Shown one piece after another: positions 24,539 to 37,389 of a stretch of DNA of 64,000 nucleotides (positions are counted from its first letter, which is position 1; the number at the start of each line of letters is the position of its first letter). The stretch comes from Sphagnum compactum. Lineage: Eukaryota. The DNA is taken from contig OZ234493.1 of assembly GCA_965153455.1 (NCBI GenBank), positions 21,442,213 through 21,506,212 of the forward strand, given 5' to 3'. A program made the translations under genes and the position numbers. The notes beneath the pieces were generated by a model. It was given only the letters and a program-made list of their open reading frames with translations. It was not told the origin of the DNA and made no database searches.

Positions 24539-24988
24539 AGTTGCAACATGTCAAGACTGGGATTGTAGAATTTATAACCCCCAACCAAACAGCATTGGTT
24601 GCAGCATGTCAAGACTTGGATTGTAGAATTTTTGAGGGAGCAAAGGACGGTACAAAATGTAGAAGTTCAGGCACATTCATATCACAGATGAAAATCTCTA
24701 TTGTGAAAACAAGTTTCAATAAATCTAATCCATCAAATTTTTCACTTTTTGATATGTATCAGAAGGTCAACACTAACAGAAATGGCACATGAAAATGAAC
24801 TCAATTTGATTGAACATATACACCCATGTTAATGCAGTTTCACACTCTTGCTTCAAATATTCTGCCTAAACAAAAGTTGGTGAACTTCAGATCCCTAAAC
24901 AAATAAATTCAAAAGAGAAAGAAACTTCTATCAAGTGCAGAAAATTCACACAATACAGATAGCAGCAGGGCACATAGAAAGGCGCCTA

Positions 24989-26913
24989 CTTTCTTCACTG
25001 CACTGGCAAGTCCTAGAGAACAGATGCTATCTGCATCAACCCACTTGGTGGTCACTCCATTGTGGTGATTCCACTGTATGAGCACCCTGGCCTTCTACAG
25101 CATCTTCTTCACATGATTATGTACCAATCTTCAATCTCCTTCAGAAACCTAGACCAATAAAAACTCCAAATTGAAGCACAACTCTGTTTATCACACAATG
25201 AACTCACTCTGCCAGGACAGACATTTGTGTGGCCAATGGTCAAAAAGTCGCCAAGGTGGGAAAAAACTTCTCCAATTAGTGAGGCTGAATATATGGAGCA
25301 TCAGCTCCTCTGATTACAACCTTACATCAGGCCTATTAAAGCTACAAGCTCTCCCTTTCCTCTTCACATAATAGAAAAAAAGCCTCGTGGAAACTAGACA
25401 GTGGAGCTTAATAAATACCCTTTTGATTCACAGACTGCCACTTTTGGTTTTCAAGAATCTCATTCAAGTTTCAAGTCTGAGAAGGTTATCAGGCTGCCTT
25501 CCATACAAAAAGATGCAACAAGGAAGAGCATACAAGACTGATGGAGCAGCAACCAGTCAATGGACATATGAAGGCAAATATATAAAAAGCCATGAGTGCA
25601 ACTTCCAGTCTCTCGACAATTGACCACCAACCATGAGTCATTTCACAGCTTCAACCTGACAGTCTCTTCTAGATATGCATCCATTACTGACATCCACCAT
25701 GGTCGGGGTAGCATTTGGGCTCTTGAGTCATAGATGGGAACTCCCACAGGCCTGCAAGTAAACCATGCTGAGGTCTTTGAACCAAGAGGAACAAATAGGA
25801 GTTCAAACCCCTTTCAACTACACAAACCATGAATTACTGAGTTGCCTTTACAACTTATGTAGTATAGTTACTGAGGAGATTTTGTTCTCAAGCTGTCCAA
25901 CAAGTTCTAATGCTTTGCAATGGCATGCAATAAGACAAGAAGCACAAGAAGGGCTGGTTCAGGTGCAAACTGTGGCACCCAGGTCCATTAAGGTTCAATT
26001 GAGATCTCCAGGCCTGATTGCATCAACCAACTGTTGTGCTAGCATCCTGCCATGAGCCCACCAAGGAGAGAAGTCAACATAGAAATTGATTGAACCAGAT
26101 GTGTTTCACTATAAATCATGGATTTCTTCTGCCTTGTGCTCTATAAAAAAAGCTCATGCAAGTATATATAATGATCTCTATTAAAGAACATCTCTTATTC
26201 TTTTATGTGCCTTATCTGTTCTGTAGGGATCATCCCAACACAGCCCATGGTTGCAAATATCATATCTGCAGCTAGAATAGTAAAGAGATTCTCATAAAGA
26301 CAAAAATACCTATCACTACAAGGTTCTCATGGCCAATCCTGCCTCACATACTGTATTATTCAAGAGGGAGGGAGCTATCTTCCTTGGGTCAAAACCTGGC
26401 TGTATAGGGTCAGTTGTGCATGAAACAAAGGCATACCAGAAAAGCTTGATTGTGGTTGAATGGGCTTTCAGTTTTCAAAGCTATTGTCCAAAGCCGACAC
26501 AAAACTCAAATGACATTTCCATCCACCACTGGGACAGCCTGCAATCATGAATATTCAAAACATGCATATCATTATAGCAGCAACATTCAGATTCCAAAGT
26601 CACCTATTAGCATTCACCTCACAACAGAGGTACATATGGTTTCATGTGTGTCCACAAAACATGTACCCCTTGCAGTTTAGACCATCTAACTATCACCCAG
26701 TAGACTCAAACCAATTTTCAAACAACAACAATGTACGTGAAAGAGGAGAAGTAGAGAAACAAAACAAAAAACAAAATCATGCCTCCTTGAATGCTCTTGA
26801 TCCAATAGCACCGGCTGCAAGTGTAGCTCCTGATTCCAGATACTCTCTGCAGCTCTACCACAGTGTGATCTAGGAAATCTTCCTCCCAATTTGTGCACAA
26901 TTTGTTTCACCCC
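24989..26913 (-). pseudogene. MUTY: A/G-specific adenine DNA glycosylase (MutY/MYH) pseudogene, 5'-truncated, introns retained
   Basis: Exon 26913-26783 reads GVKQIVHKLGGRFP/HTVVELQRVSGIRSYT/AGAIGSRAFKE (HhH motif, frameshifted). Exon 26538-26437 reads AVPVVDGNVI*VLCRLWTIA/KAHSTTIKLFW. Exon 26046-~25656 reads MLAQQLVDAIRPGDLN*TLMDLGATVCT*TSPSCASCLIACHCKA (FeS motif) then [25 protein letters not shown] lies near 25290, and exon ~25149-24989 reads KWVDADSICSLGLASAVKK|gt. Confidence 0.9.
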
Positions 26914-27111
26914 CTGTGATCCATCATGATCGCCATACAATTGAATTGTTCCCACCACAGCTGAATCTAAATAATGAAGTCTGAGATCTGCTGATATAAA
27001 AAAAGCTTGTTGGATCATCAAGAAAGAGTTTTTTCTTATTCCCGCCTTTCGATTGCTGCTTCACAATAGGTCTCGCATATCTCTCGGCAAGCTGGGATTT
27101 TCTGTTTGGAA

Positions 27112-27119
27112 AAACCCTA
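27112..27119 (+). promoter_or_regulatory. Telo-box (AAACCCTA) in the ATG10/MutY intergenic region
   Basis: Exact AAACCCTA about 220 bp upstream of the ATG10 ATG, followed by a GAA-rich leader. Confidence 0.4.
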
Positions 27120-27335
27120 GGAACTTGCTTCGCAGATTTTTGTGCAAGAGAAGGAAAACTTGTAGTGAGAAGGAGAAGACTCAGGCTTTGAGTGTCTAGA
27201 GGAGACTGCGTTTCAATGATAGAAGAGAGAGGAAATGCAAGAAGATTGCGTCTGGGAGAAGAAGAAGAAGAAGGTCGTGTTTGGAGAGAAGAAGAAAGTC
27301 GAAATTCGGGTGCAGCAGTAGGTCTAGGTTGTTGA

Positions 27336-29848
27336 ATGGCAGGAATTTGGGATGGGACACTTACTGCTGCGGAGTTTGAAGCAGCAGCTTTGCATTTGGT
27401 GGAGGTCTGGAAGTCGCAATGCCCGCAATTGCCTGCATGGACCTGGCACGTTTACGAGCCTCCACTGAAATCTCCAGTCCTTGCTTCTTCGGTATGCACC
27501 TCACTTTGTACACTACCTGCATGCTGCTCTTTTTGTATGTTTTGTTAAATGAGTGCATACATGTTGTTGTTGTGCTTTTTGTGTTACAAAAGCTACAAAC
27601 TGGGTCTGTGGTGAACTAAGAAGGTCAGATTCTGCTGAAGCCGCATGCTGAACTATGCAGCAGCAGCAGCAGCAGCAGCAGTAATGTATGAACGATTTGG
27701 TCTTGCTGCTGCTTTCCAAAGAAGGGGATTATGGATTTTGTCATCAGGAGAGAATCATTGCTCCACTTTAGAAATCAACGATGAGCTGAGGAGCAGAGCC
27801 ATATTCTTCACATGACTCACATCTGGGTACTGTGAACAATGTGAGGAAGGTGTTATTGCAGTAAAGCTTGTTAAACTTTGTAGAGTGTGTTGTCATCAAA
27901 AGTGGCAACCACAGGATGTTAATGGCAATGGTGTTTGCTCTTGTAGTGTGATGGAAAAGGCATAAGTGGAGGTTTACAATGTGCTCTTGATTGGTAGTCA
28001 ACAGCACAACTGAGTCTTCCCATTGCTTCCAAAAATGCAGCAGAAACTCAGGATGCAGATTCATTAGGGTTTGCTTGAAATCTTAGGTGGATTGTTATAC
28101 ACTTATCAGCGCCCATAGTTGGGAGATGATGAAGTCAATTGGCAGTCATGGCAGTTCATCACTGCTATTCGTGATCAACAAAGTGATCATCTGGCACTTT
28201 GTGTGTGACCTGCATAAGGTATGACGACACTCATTGTCTTTTTAACCTTCAAATTGTTGTTGTGGAGATTTCTCTGCAATTTCTTAGATATACGGAGGCA
28301 AATGATTCTGTTGCAGTTGTGTATCTGTGCAGGCAGTTGGGTATTTGGTGCTCCAGGATGTGCATATATTGTCTGAACACAAGGTGCACCTGGTTACCCT
28401 GCAAACTTCAGTGGTCTTCACTTTTGTGGCCATCATTCGCCACTTTTTCACAAAAGAAATGATAGAGAGCCGCACAGCAGATAGAATGGGTATACATGAA
28501 CTGAGGTGCATCATATATTCTTTGACAGGTTGTGGCTGAAGTTGAGGATATCCATGAAGTGGACGATGAATCTCAAGACATCGCTACATTGGTAAGCTGT
28601 CAATTGATGTTACAGCAGTTAACAATGCATTTGTCAGATACAATAAGCCAGTATTAAGAAGATACTTCATGAGAGTATTATTGTTTTCTAGATAGTCTGG
28701 GAAATTCTGGGCAGGCCATGGATGGAAACTGGAAGATAGATTGTGTGGTTGTTGCCGCATGAGGCATGTGACAAATATTGGCAGGATGCAGCCCCTACCA
28801 GCACTAAAGCTTTCTTCTAGCTTGAGACCTCTGTCTGAGTATTGCAAGATTGAAGTGAACATTTATGATCTGACCATTTGCCAGTGCTGTGGTGGTTCCA
28901 CTTTGACAGGAAATGAGTCCTGGGCTACCTGGTTATGAGGAGCATGTGTACAGTTACCATGTGATCTACAATGAGTCTTACAGAGTACCCATGATTTTCC
29001 TCCAAGGTCACTTCCTTGGTGTGTACTCTGCCTTCCACCTTGCATAGCCTTCCAGTTGAGTGTAAATGAGGAGAAAGAGGACAACTGACTTTGATGCTCA
29101 CTTACATTGATTCCAGGTCAAAAGTGCTCAGTGTTTCGGTAGATCCAGTCTTGAAAATTATCATCATTGTATAACACTGGGGCTCTCTGGCATTTGTAGA
29201 TGGAACACCTCTGCAATGGCACCATGTGTGCCATGACTTGCCTCTGGACTCTCAACAGATCAGCCATGAGAGTCGATGGACCTTTTTGACACAAGAGGTA
29301 TGGCTTCTTGGCTTTGAGCATTAACCCTGGTGAAGTCTTTTTGGAAAGAGGGCTAAGAAAACCCATCTGTCAAACTTTCCTTTCATGACACTTGTGACAC
29401 ATTTTTCTTGGTCAAAATGCTCCTGGGATTGCTGAAAAGGAGGTTCTTTTGTGAAATTTGGGGTGGATAACAGGAGCACCCTTTCCTGCACCGCCCATGG
29501 TTTGCATTACACCCTTGTGGAACAAGTAGCATTATGAGTCTGGTGTTTGCAAGCCCATTAAGCAATGCTGCTAAAGATTCAAGCAATGACAATAGGATTC
29601 AAGACACAAGAAACTTTCTTCCTTCATCAGATCAAGTAAACATCCTTCCTTCACCGAATCAAGTAAGTGTCTTGCAGCCTCCTTACAATGAGATTAGTGC
29701 CCTCAGTCCAAAGCCTCAAAAGAGCAGCAGGTGCCAGGAAAAGCACAGAATTGATTTGATGAAACAATACATTCTTACATGGTTGTCTTTTGCATGCCCA
29801 ACTGTAGGCCTCACCATTCCCTCTTGTGTATTCAAAGCCACCAACTGA
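27336..29848 (+). CDS. ATG10: Autophagy E2-like conjugating enzyme ATG10
   Basis: Exons 27336-27491, 28333-28383, 28529-28591, 28910-29018, 29200-29297 and 29474-29848 are all GT-AG and phase-compatible (~283 aa). Motifs: DGTLTAAEF, GYLVL, YSYHVIYNESYRVPMIF, WTFLTQEEHPFLHRPWFALHPCGT (catalytic Cys) and YILTWLSF..PTVGL.IP. Confidence 0.93.
27658..27681. repeat. (CAG)8 microsatellite in ATG10 intron 1
   Basis: Read directly from the sequence. Confidence 0.95.
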
Positions 29849-32800
29849 ACCTTACTGTTCTTCTGTTTCCCACATCTGAAGTGGGATTTTCCAGTACATA
29901 GCAATTCATCTACAATTGGCACTGTATGGTTGATTTCCATTAGAATCCCCCTAAAAGAACCACTATACTTGTAGATCATCACATGACTCAACCATAAAAC
30001 CTAAAAAAAATTCAATCCATTAATCAATTTATGGTGGATTATTTGGCAGTTCCGTGATATACTTAGGCAAAAAAATTGGGAAGCCTTTGATAACTATGGG
30101 TATACCTAGGTGGTTTTGTAATTTTCAGACTTTGTAGTCAAGTAGTTATTGAACTTTGAGTATTTTCATCACTAAAAACTCAACAAAAATCATACTTTAA
30201 TTTCTTAAGAGAAATTGGATTTCATATAACAAAAAGGCAATTTTTTTGGTTCAAACATATATATATTTCGGAAAACTATTTACATTATGTGTTCAATAGG
30301 TCACACTAGTCATTATCTAAATGGACATTGTGAGCAAGTGCTACCCACCCAATATTGGTGATGAGGTCCATTATAGAAAAAAGTTCTCTTTATACAATAT
30401 GAATTTAGTATGGTGCTTGAATTCTTAGGCAACATGGAAAAATTTGTTCATGTAAGGTAGGGTGATTTTTAAATCAGATATCCTAAGTTGAAAATGATCT
30501 TGGGTTAAATCATTAAGAATTGTCACAATTACAAAGTGTACTGTTGACAAAATTTAGCAATTACTTCATAAGCATACTCTTTAAATGATTTAATCATGAT
30601 TCCATGGAAATATGGTCAAAGCTTCAAGGAGGTTATGGCATTATATTTTGACTATGTAATAACCATAGTGGACAAGAAATGTATTAAGTTTATACATTGA
30701 TCAAGATAGTTTGTACAACAAAAGCAAAATTATGCACCTTGTGTATTTCCTTATGTTCTTGATAATTCTTGTAAGATCAAATTAGTTGTTGGCCATTGAT
30801 AATTGTGATGGGGTTTTCTAAAAGAAGAAAGGAAAGTTGTAAAGGAATATATTATCAATTCAAATTAGTTCAATTAAAAGCCTTGTGTTTTTCAAAGAAT
30901 AAGCATCATGTTATCAAAAGTGATAACATGAGATAAAAGCATTCTTTAGAAGATCGATAAGTTTTTACTTAGCTTTGACATACATTGTTTTTAAAATTAA
31001 TAATTATTTAATTAACATTTACATGCATTATTTGATACAAGTATATATGGTTTTAAAACACAAAATAACCATAAATGTGAATGTTGTGATTGAATGACTT
31101 AATACAATTTTGCAAATGGTAAGTCTTATCACATTACAAGATAACCCAAATGCAACTTTACAATTGTGTTAGTAATTTCAATGAAGAAAAAGGTGTTTTA
31201 AGCTACAATAATAAGTTACAATATGTTAAAGTCAACCCATCAAATGTATGTTAAATGAAAGTACATACTAACTCACATTTAAAATTTGAATTGACCTTTG
31301 AACATCACTTGCACCTTTGTAAACAATTATCAAACCTACATGGACACTAACAAGAATTTAAAACAAGTAAAGTTTATTGAACTTTGAACTTGAAAACTCC
31401 AATACAAACACCATTATTATTATTTTTAAAGTTCATAATAATTTATGAAATTTTCATTTTTTTCATCAAAACATTTTCAACTTCAATGAATTCATTCAAA
31501 AAGGAACATTTTTTTCTTTTCACAATCCACATGAATATCATCAAGCCAAATAATCTTGATATTTTGTAAATATAAAAAGGACATGACCATGAATTTAACC
31601 AAAGATGAATTTTTACATTTTATTACTCATCGCATCATCATTTGAAACAATTTTTTTTAAATGTCTCCCTTTGTAACTTAAAACACCGTTTTTTCATTGA
31701 AATTATGAAACCTAAAGTGATGATTTTGCAAATGCAACAATGGTATGACTCATTAATTAAACCAAATTTATGGGTTTTTAAACGTTGTCACTTATACTAA
31801 CATAAGCATGTCAACGAGTGAAATGATTTTCATATAATGGAAGAAAAAAGTTATGAAATGTAAATTGTAAATCATAAATTCACACAAGAAAAATAATAGA
31901 ACACTAGGTCCAACAATAAAGAGAAACATTATTATTTGCCCCAATTTTTAATCAACTTCAGTCATTATTAAAAATCAAGGTTAATTCAAAGAAAAACATT
32001 ACTTAATTCTTCCAAATAAAAATTTCTTTCATTTCTTTGCAAACCAATATTGTTGAGAACAATAAAAAATCTAAAGCTCTCAAGTTTTTATAAACCATAA
32101 TCTTCAAAGACAGTTATATCCCTAATTAGATATAAGGTCAAATGTTAACGAAAATTGTTTAATGTATGGTGGTTATTCCATATTTTTTTCAAATGCAAGT
32201 CATCAATTTGGTTTTTAAAAATGAAATTCAATCTTAAAACCAACCTTTGAAACGCAAAATCAAAAAAATAATCATTAATTAATTAATTAATTAAAAAATT
32301 CAAATGCACATTGAATTTAAGGTAATCTAAAATTTTCTTAATCAATGCTTATTTTTAAAAATAAATTTCCTTTAAATAAACATTCTAGTTTTTTATTTTA
32401 AATAATTTTAATTTTGTATACAAATAACTAATTTCAATTGTTTGTTTTTAAATTTATGCAAGTTTATAAGTTTACATTTATACCAAATTTTGTCTAAACC
32501 CCAATTTTTATATTCCCATTCCCATAAAAAAATATTTTACATAGTTTATTATTTAGGAACCAAATCGTTTTTTTCAAATTTTTGATGTAATAGTGTACAT
32601 CAAGCATCCCAAGGTATGTTTAGCATTTACTGAGATTTATTTTCAAAATTGGAAAAAAAAAATATAAACATCAACAAATTAATGACAATATTTTGTGGTA
32701 CAATTGAAAAGTGATGACATTTATCCAAAAACCATAATTTATAATTTTTTGATTTTTCTAAAAAATAAATTCAAAAATTTATAATAAAATATTCTCTTTT

Positions 32801-34355
32801 TTTTTTCCACAATTCAAAAGTATCTTATCAAAAAAATCATGCTTTAAATTCTTATATAATCATATTTGACTTTTTCTAAAACATATTAAAGGTTTGGGTA
32901 TCAAAGTCAATTTTAATATTTCTTTTGAATTTTCAAAGAAATATCAGTGCACTACAAATGAAATATTTATTCAATGGTAAAATAACCATGCACAATTATG
33001 TTTTAAAAAATTAATGAAAAAATGATGTTGTGAAAAAAACCCCATGTAATTACATTCTCACATTTAAAGGTGATTACCCAAATGTAAAATGCATAATTAA
33101 TCAACAAGTACACAATGTGATTGGACAAGAAATATAAGTTGAAATGGGGAAACAATGAATGAATTCACATTGCATCAACCCTTTTTTTTGGGTTGCAAAT
33201 TATGGGAAAATCAATACATGCCCTAGTTTACTCAAATGCAATAAGTCATTGGGTGCCATTTCGCATGCACAAAATAAAAAATATATATCAGTAATAACTA
33301 GCTTTGTGTATATAATACAAAAATAAATCATATTTTCAAAAGACTATTGGGAGTATCTTTTTGTTTGTTTTTCATTATTTGAATCCAAACAATGACAAGG
33401 AATGTTTTACCTACTCCTGATAATCAAAACAAGTTCTCCCACACGAAAGGTGTAATGATTTGAACATTGTTTCAAAAAGAGATTCGGTAAAATATATATG
33501 TGGTCGTTTAGTTGTTGTATATTTAATGCATATAGTTTTGGTTTTTGGTTAGGTTGGTTTTTGCAATTTTGGCTTATGCCCATGAGCCAAAAAGTCCAAG
33601 CGCCGTTTGAGGTTAAACCTTTGTCCATCTTCAATTGGTAGAAGCACAAGGTTTGGGCCTATTGGGTTATGTAACTCACTTTGTAACTTTGACACAACCT
33701 TTGCTTGATTGCCTTGTGCATAGCAAAAAATTGTCATCAAATGTTGAAAGATAACTTGATTCCCATTGGTTGCATCCATCATATCCAATGCCATGCTTCG
33801 AGGTTGTTCCTCTAAATTAACTTGTATTGGGGGGGGGTACTCACTTGTGGACTAAGTAGGTTTTTCAACACACCTTGAGAAGTCCCTTTCTATGATCCAC
33901 AAAATCAAACGATTATGCCTTTTGCAAGGTTGAGGTGAATAAACATTAAAATTTAGAGATGATGTTTGTAAATGTTTCCACATTGTACATTGTGCAGTTA
34001 TAACATGCCCACTCCGATGTTGGGTTGTGGATGGTGTATTGCAAATGGGTTTTTTTTAATGATATGACTAGTGTTGGACCATCATCATAGGAAAACAATG
34101 TCACATTTGTGTCAAGAATCAACCGTCCCCCCAATAAGGTCGGCCCAACCACAAACAATTGTTAGCGTTTGTTGTTCATGAACCCAAAGTTCTGGCATAG
34201 ACTTTGATACATACTTTGATACATGCTTATTTTTGTTATGTTCTTTTCACATGCCACAAACATAAGAAAATGGCAGTGTTTGGCCAAATAGTCGTGTAAG
34301 AAAAAAATGCATTATACATTACGCATGTTACATTTGTTGGAGCAAGTGACATGAA

Positions 34356-34984
34356 TCCTATATATTAATTCACTAAGTCTGTCAGTTAGTCTATGACCGT
34401 TGGTCTGTCTGTCAGTTTGTCTGTGACCCCTTTAGGTTTTAGGTTTCACCGTCCGATCTCTGACTGTTGAGTGACTGAAAGCGAAAGTTAGTATGCAAAC
34501 TATCAAGGGGACTCACCACTCGTAACTCTTCCTTTTATCTTACGTCTGATCGGGAATTGACCGTTAGATGCTGATCACCTACAACCGAACGTTCTCATCA
34601 CCCAGTGATTTTTTTTTTTCGCTTTTCCGGTTTCTGTTACAAAATTGGAGCCGGATACCGAACGCTGAGGCCTATAAGCGGTATGGTGTCTTTTGGGGAG
34701 GTCCCTTAGACTTGCATCTGACAAGTTTGATGGCATCTGTCAGTGTGTCTGTCTGAACCTGTCCATTCCGACCCGTTAACAACCTCTGCGAGGCCGATTC
34801 TGCAACCCCCCAGATGACAAAAACGAGGTCCCAAAATGAGCCGCACCTGGCCTAAAATGTTCCAGCGCCAGGTGCGGGTCGTGGAGGCGGAGAGACACGA
34901 TTCTGCAACCCCCCAGACGACAGAACCGGCCAGCCTCTAAATATACCCAGATGGGATAATAATATATAGGATTAATATATAAGA
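34356..34984. mobile_element. GC/CpG-rich small element with inverted TCCTATATATTA termini (Helitron/Helentron-like ends)
   Basis: The left end a|tcctatatattaat is followed by (CTGT/GTCA)-type microsatellite. Inverted copies lie at 34960-34971 and 34971-34985. Internally there is an 11-bp hairpin (34841-34877) and a ~24-bp direct repeat at ~34796 and ~34899. Confidence 0.5.
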
Positions 34985-35351
34985 TTAGACTAAAATGGGG
35001 CTTTTATATATATCAGACATTCCCTCCATAGGATTTCCAGGCATGTAATGGATTTTAGATAAAGTGACCATGCATGAAACTCTTTTTTTTCCCCTCCTGG
35101 AAATGTGGCGATTTTTTTTTTTTTTGAAAATTTTCCAAAATGTTTGCTTCACCATGTATGTTTTCATGGGGGACTTTTCAAGGTAAAAAATAAATAAAAT
35201 AAAAATAAAAATAATTGTTTTGCGTTTTTGTGTGTCTCTCTTGGTTTAAAGAAACCGGGGGACTTCACAGTGTCCAAAGGTCACGGGTACCCACTATTAA
35301 TATATATTTGGTAATTTGTTGAATAGGAATTGGAAGGGGTAAGGATTTTAT

Positions 35352-36320
35352 TTGATGTAGTTGATTTCCCCTTAGGCACAATTAGCAATGGAAACATTGG
35401 GATGCCATGATGGGTGAGATTTGTGAATGCTTTTAGTCAAAGTGTGCATCCATGGTGTCAAATCCTCTTATTGACATTGTGATGTGATGCAATATGTTAT
35501 ACGAATGCCATTGTGCCATTGGTCAAACACCATCATGGTATAAAGGGGGAACTACCACAATTCACAATAGAGATATGTTAGTTGAACATTGCCAAGAGAT
35601 ATATAATGAATGATTTATTAACAATTTCAAATTTCTACATGTATTTTTTATGTCCAATATTGATTTATCCTATTAATATTTCAATGACATTATGTAACAT
35701 ATATACTACTATATTAGATCACATGTGCATGTATTATGTGTAAGACGTAATGTATCACCTTTTTTGTCATTTGTCCCAAAGGTTGCATCAACTGCAACAC
35801 CCCCTTGGTGCCCATGTTCAATCATCATCTCCATTTGCCATGGTGTTTGGGTACCGATAGTGAAAGGCATGTTTTGCCTAGTGAGACCACCGTCCACATG
35901 TACTCTAGTTTCTTGATAGTAAAACATTGAATTGATGTTTTATTGAACCCACATACACATACTTTCCACAGTATTCTTATGTAGCTAATATGTTTCTTGA
36001 GCCAATTTCCCAGACAACACCCTAAGATCTTGTTAAGTGAGGAACATGTTTCTATTTAATTCACATGTCCATAACATGATTTTTTCACATGTTGCTTATG
36101 CTTTGCTATAATTTGACACATTATGAGTCCAAGCCTTAATTGTTCCATCACAAAATCCTTGATCTTTTGTGACAAATGGGCAACAAATGTAAATCTATCA
36201 CTCATCTTTAAGTCCCCATGTGTAGACCATCTTGATTAACATGATTTCGTTGAATGAAACATAACTTTGATACATGCTTGAGCAAATACAATGTTTTAAT
36301 GGTGAATTCAACTTTACATC
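35352..36320 (-). mobile_element. Degenerate MULE/SWIM-type transposase remnant
   Basis: FYYQE...PFTIGTQTPWQMEMMIEHGHQGGVAVDATFGTNDKK, then an intron at 35758-35552, then FPLYTMMVFDQWHNGI...EDLTPWM...HPSWHPN...CA*GEIN. This is the MULE-domain D-x-T-F-G-T-N/YPLYTLMVFD signature, with stop codons. Confidence 0.8.
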
Positions 36321-37389
36321 CTTTCTTTATAAAACCACCCCATTTTTTCCCGGAATTTCATGTACCTTTGTTGCTTGATGGGATTACTTTTCATTGACAT
36401 CCAATTTTTTTGGAATTGCATGACGGTTTTCTGTAATATCCTTCACAACATTTGTGAGATCATTGAAACCATATTGACATTAGTACCTACAAAGAAAACC
36501 AACAACCAATTTAGTGCTACTTATGAACATAAATTGCATTACAAAACAAAAAATTAGTCACATATTTCATGTTTATAAAATAATAAATTAATTCATCAGA
36601 TGGTGAACATCACATTTAAACATGAATAATATGTATGAAAATATTGGTGTAGAAATGTAATAGAAGTTAAATTTCGAACTTGAAAACTCGAAAGCATTAT
36701 CTATTCGTAATTGTTGCAAATCATTATCAAGGTGGATGATGCATTTTTTGCAAAAACAACAACATCGTCCACCATCTTTACTTTTTTCACCAACTATGAA
36801 ATCAAACATTCAAGTTGTGGGGATGAATGCAACCTCAACAAGGTGAGGACCTTGTTGCATCCCAGTGTGTTGAATGACAACTTCCCATAGCAAATCTTCA
36901 TGATCAAAAGGCCCATTTGGTGGTGTTTGAACTACATTTTCTAATGCTTGTAGTTCATCATTATGGCCATGTTTGAATACAAGTGCAACTTCCCTTCCAT
37001 GTTTGTAAAAACCATTGTAGAAGATATTAATTTTATGCACCTTACATTCAAATTGTGATGATCAACATAAATGTGTTAAAAAATGGTAAATATTTCACTT
37101 ACATAAAATTAGGTCGCAATGAGGTGTGAAAAATTTGTAAAAATGTCAAAAGTGTGCTCCAAAACACCCTTGGAATAACACAAGAAGATTATGTGAAGAG
37201 GAAATTCATGTCAAGTTTATGCAAAAGTTTGAAAAATGTGACCTTAGACCCTAATTTGCAAAATAATCCTCATTAGATGTTCAACATATATTATAATAAA
37301 GTAAGAAATGCAAATATCAACTATTTAAAGTCGAAAAGTGGCGGGAAATGTGTAACATGTGTTAATTTTTCCCACATGCAATTTTTTTT

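Noticed and set aside
25110-26264. Apparent spliced ~62-aa peptide (MIFATMG...[30 protein letters not shown]) on the minus strand
   Set aside because: It uses an alternative frame of MutY exons, and its supposed acceptor is actually coding sequence ([11 protein letters not shown]).
26783-26936. ATG-initiated minus-strand frame with an in-frame TGA (MAIMMDHRG*NKLC...), considered as a possible selenoprotein or readthrough
   Set aside because: Fully explained as shifted frames of the MutY pseudogene exon; no SECIS evidence.
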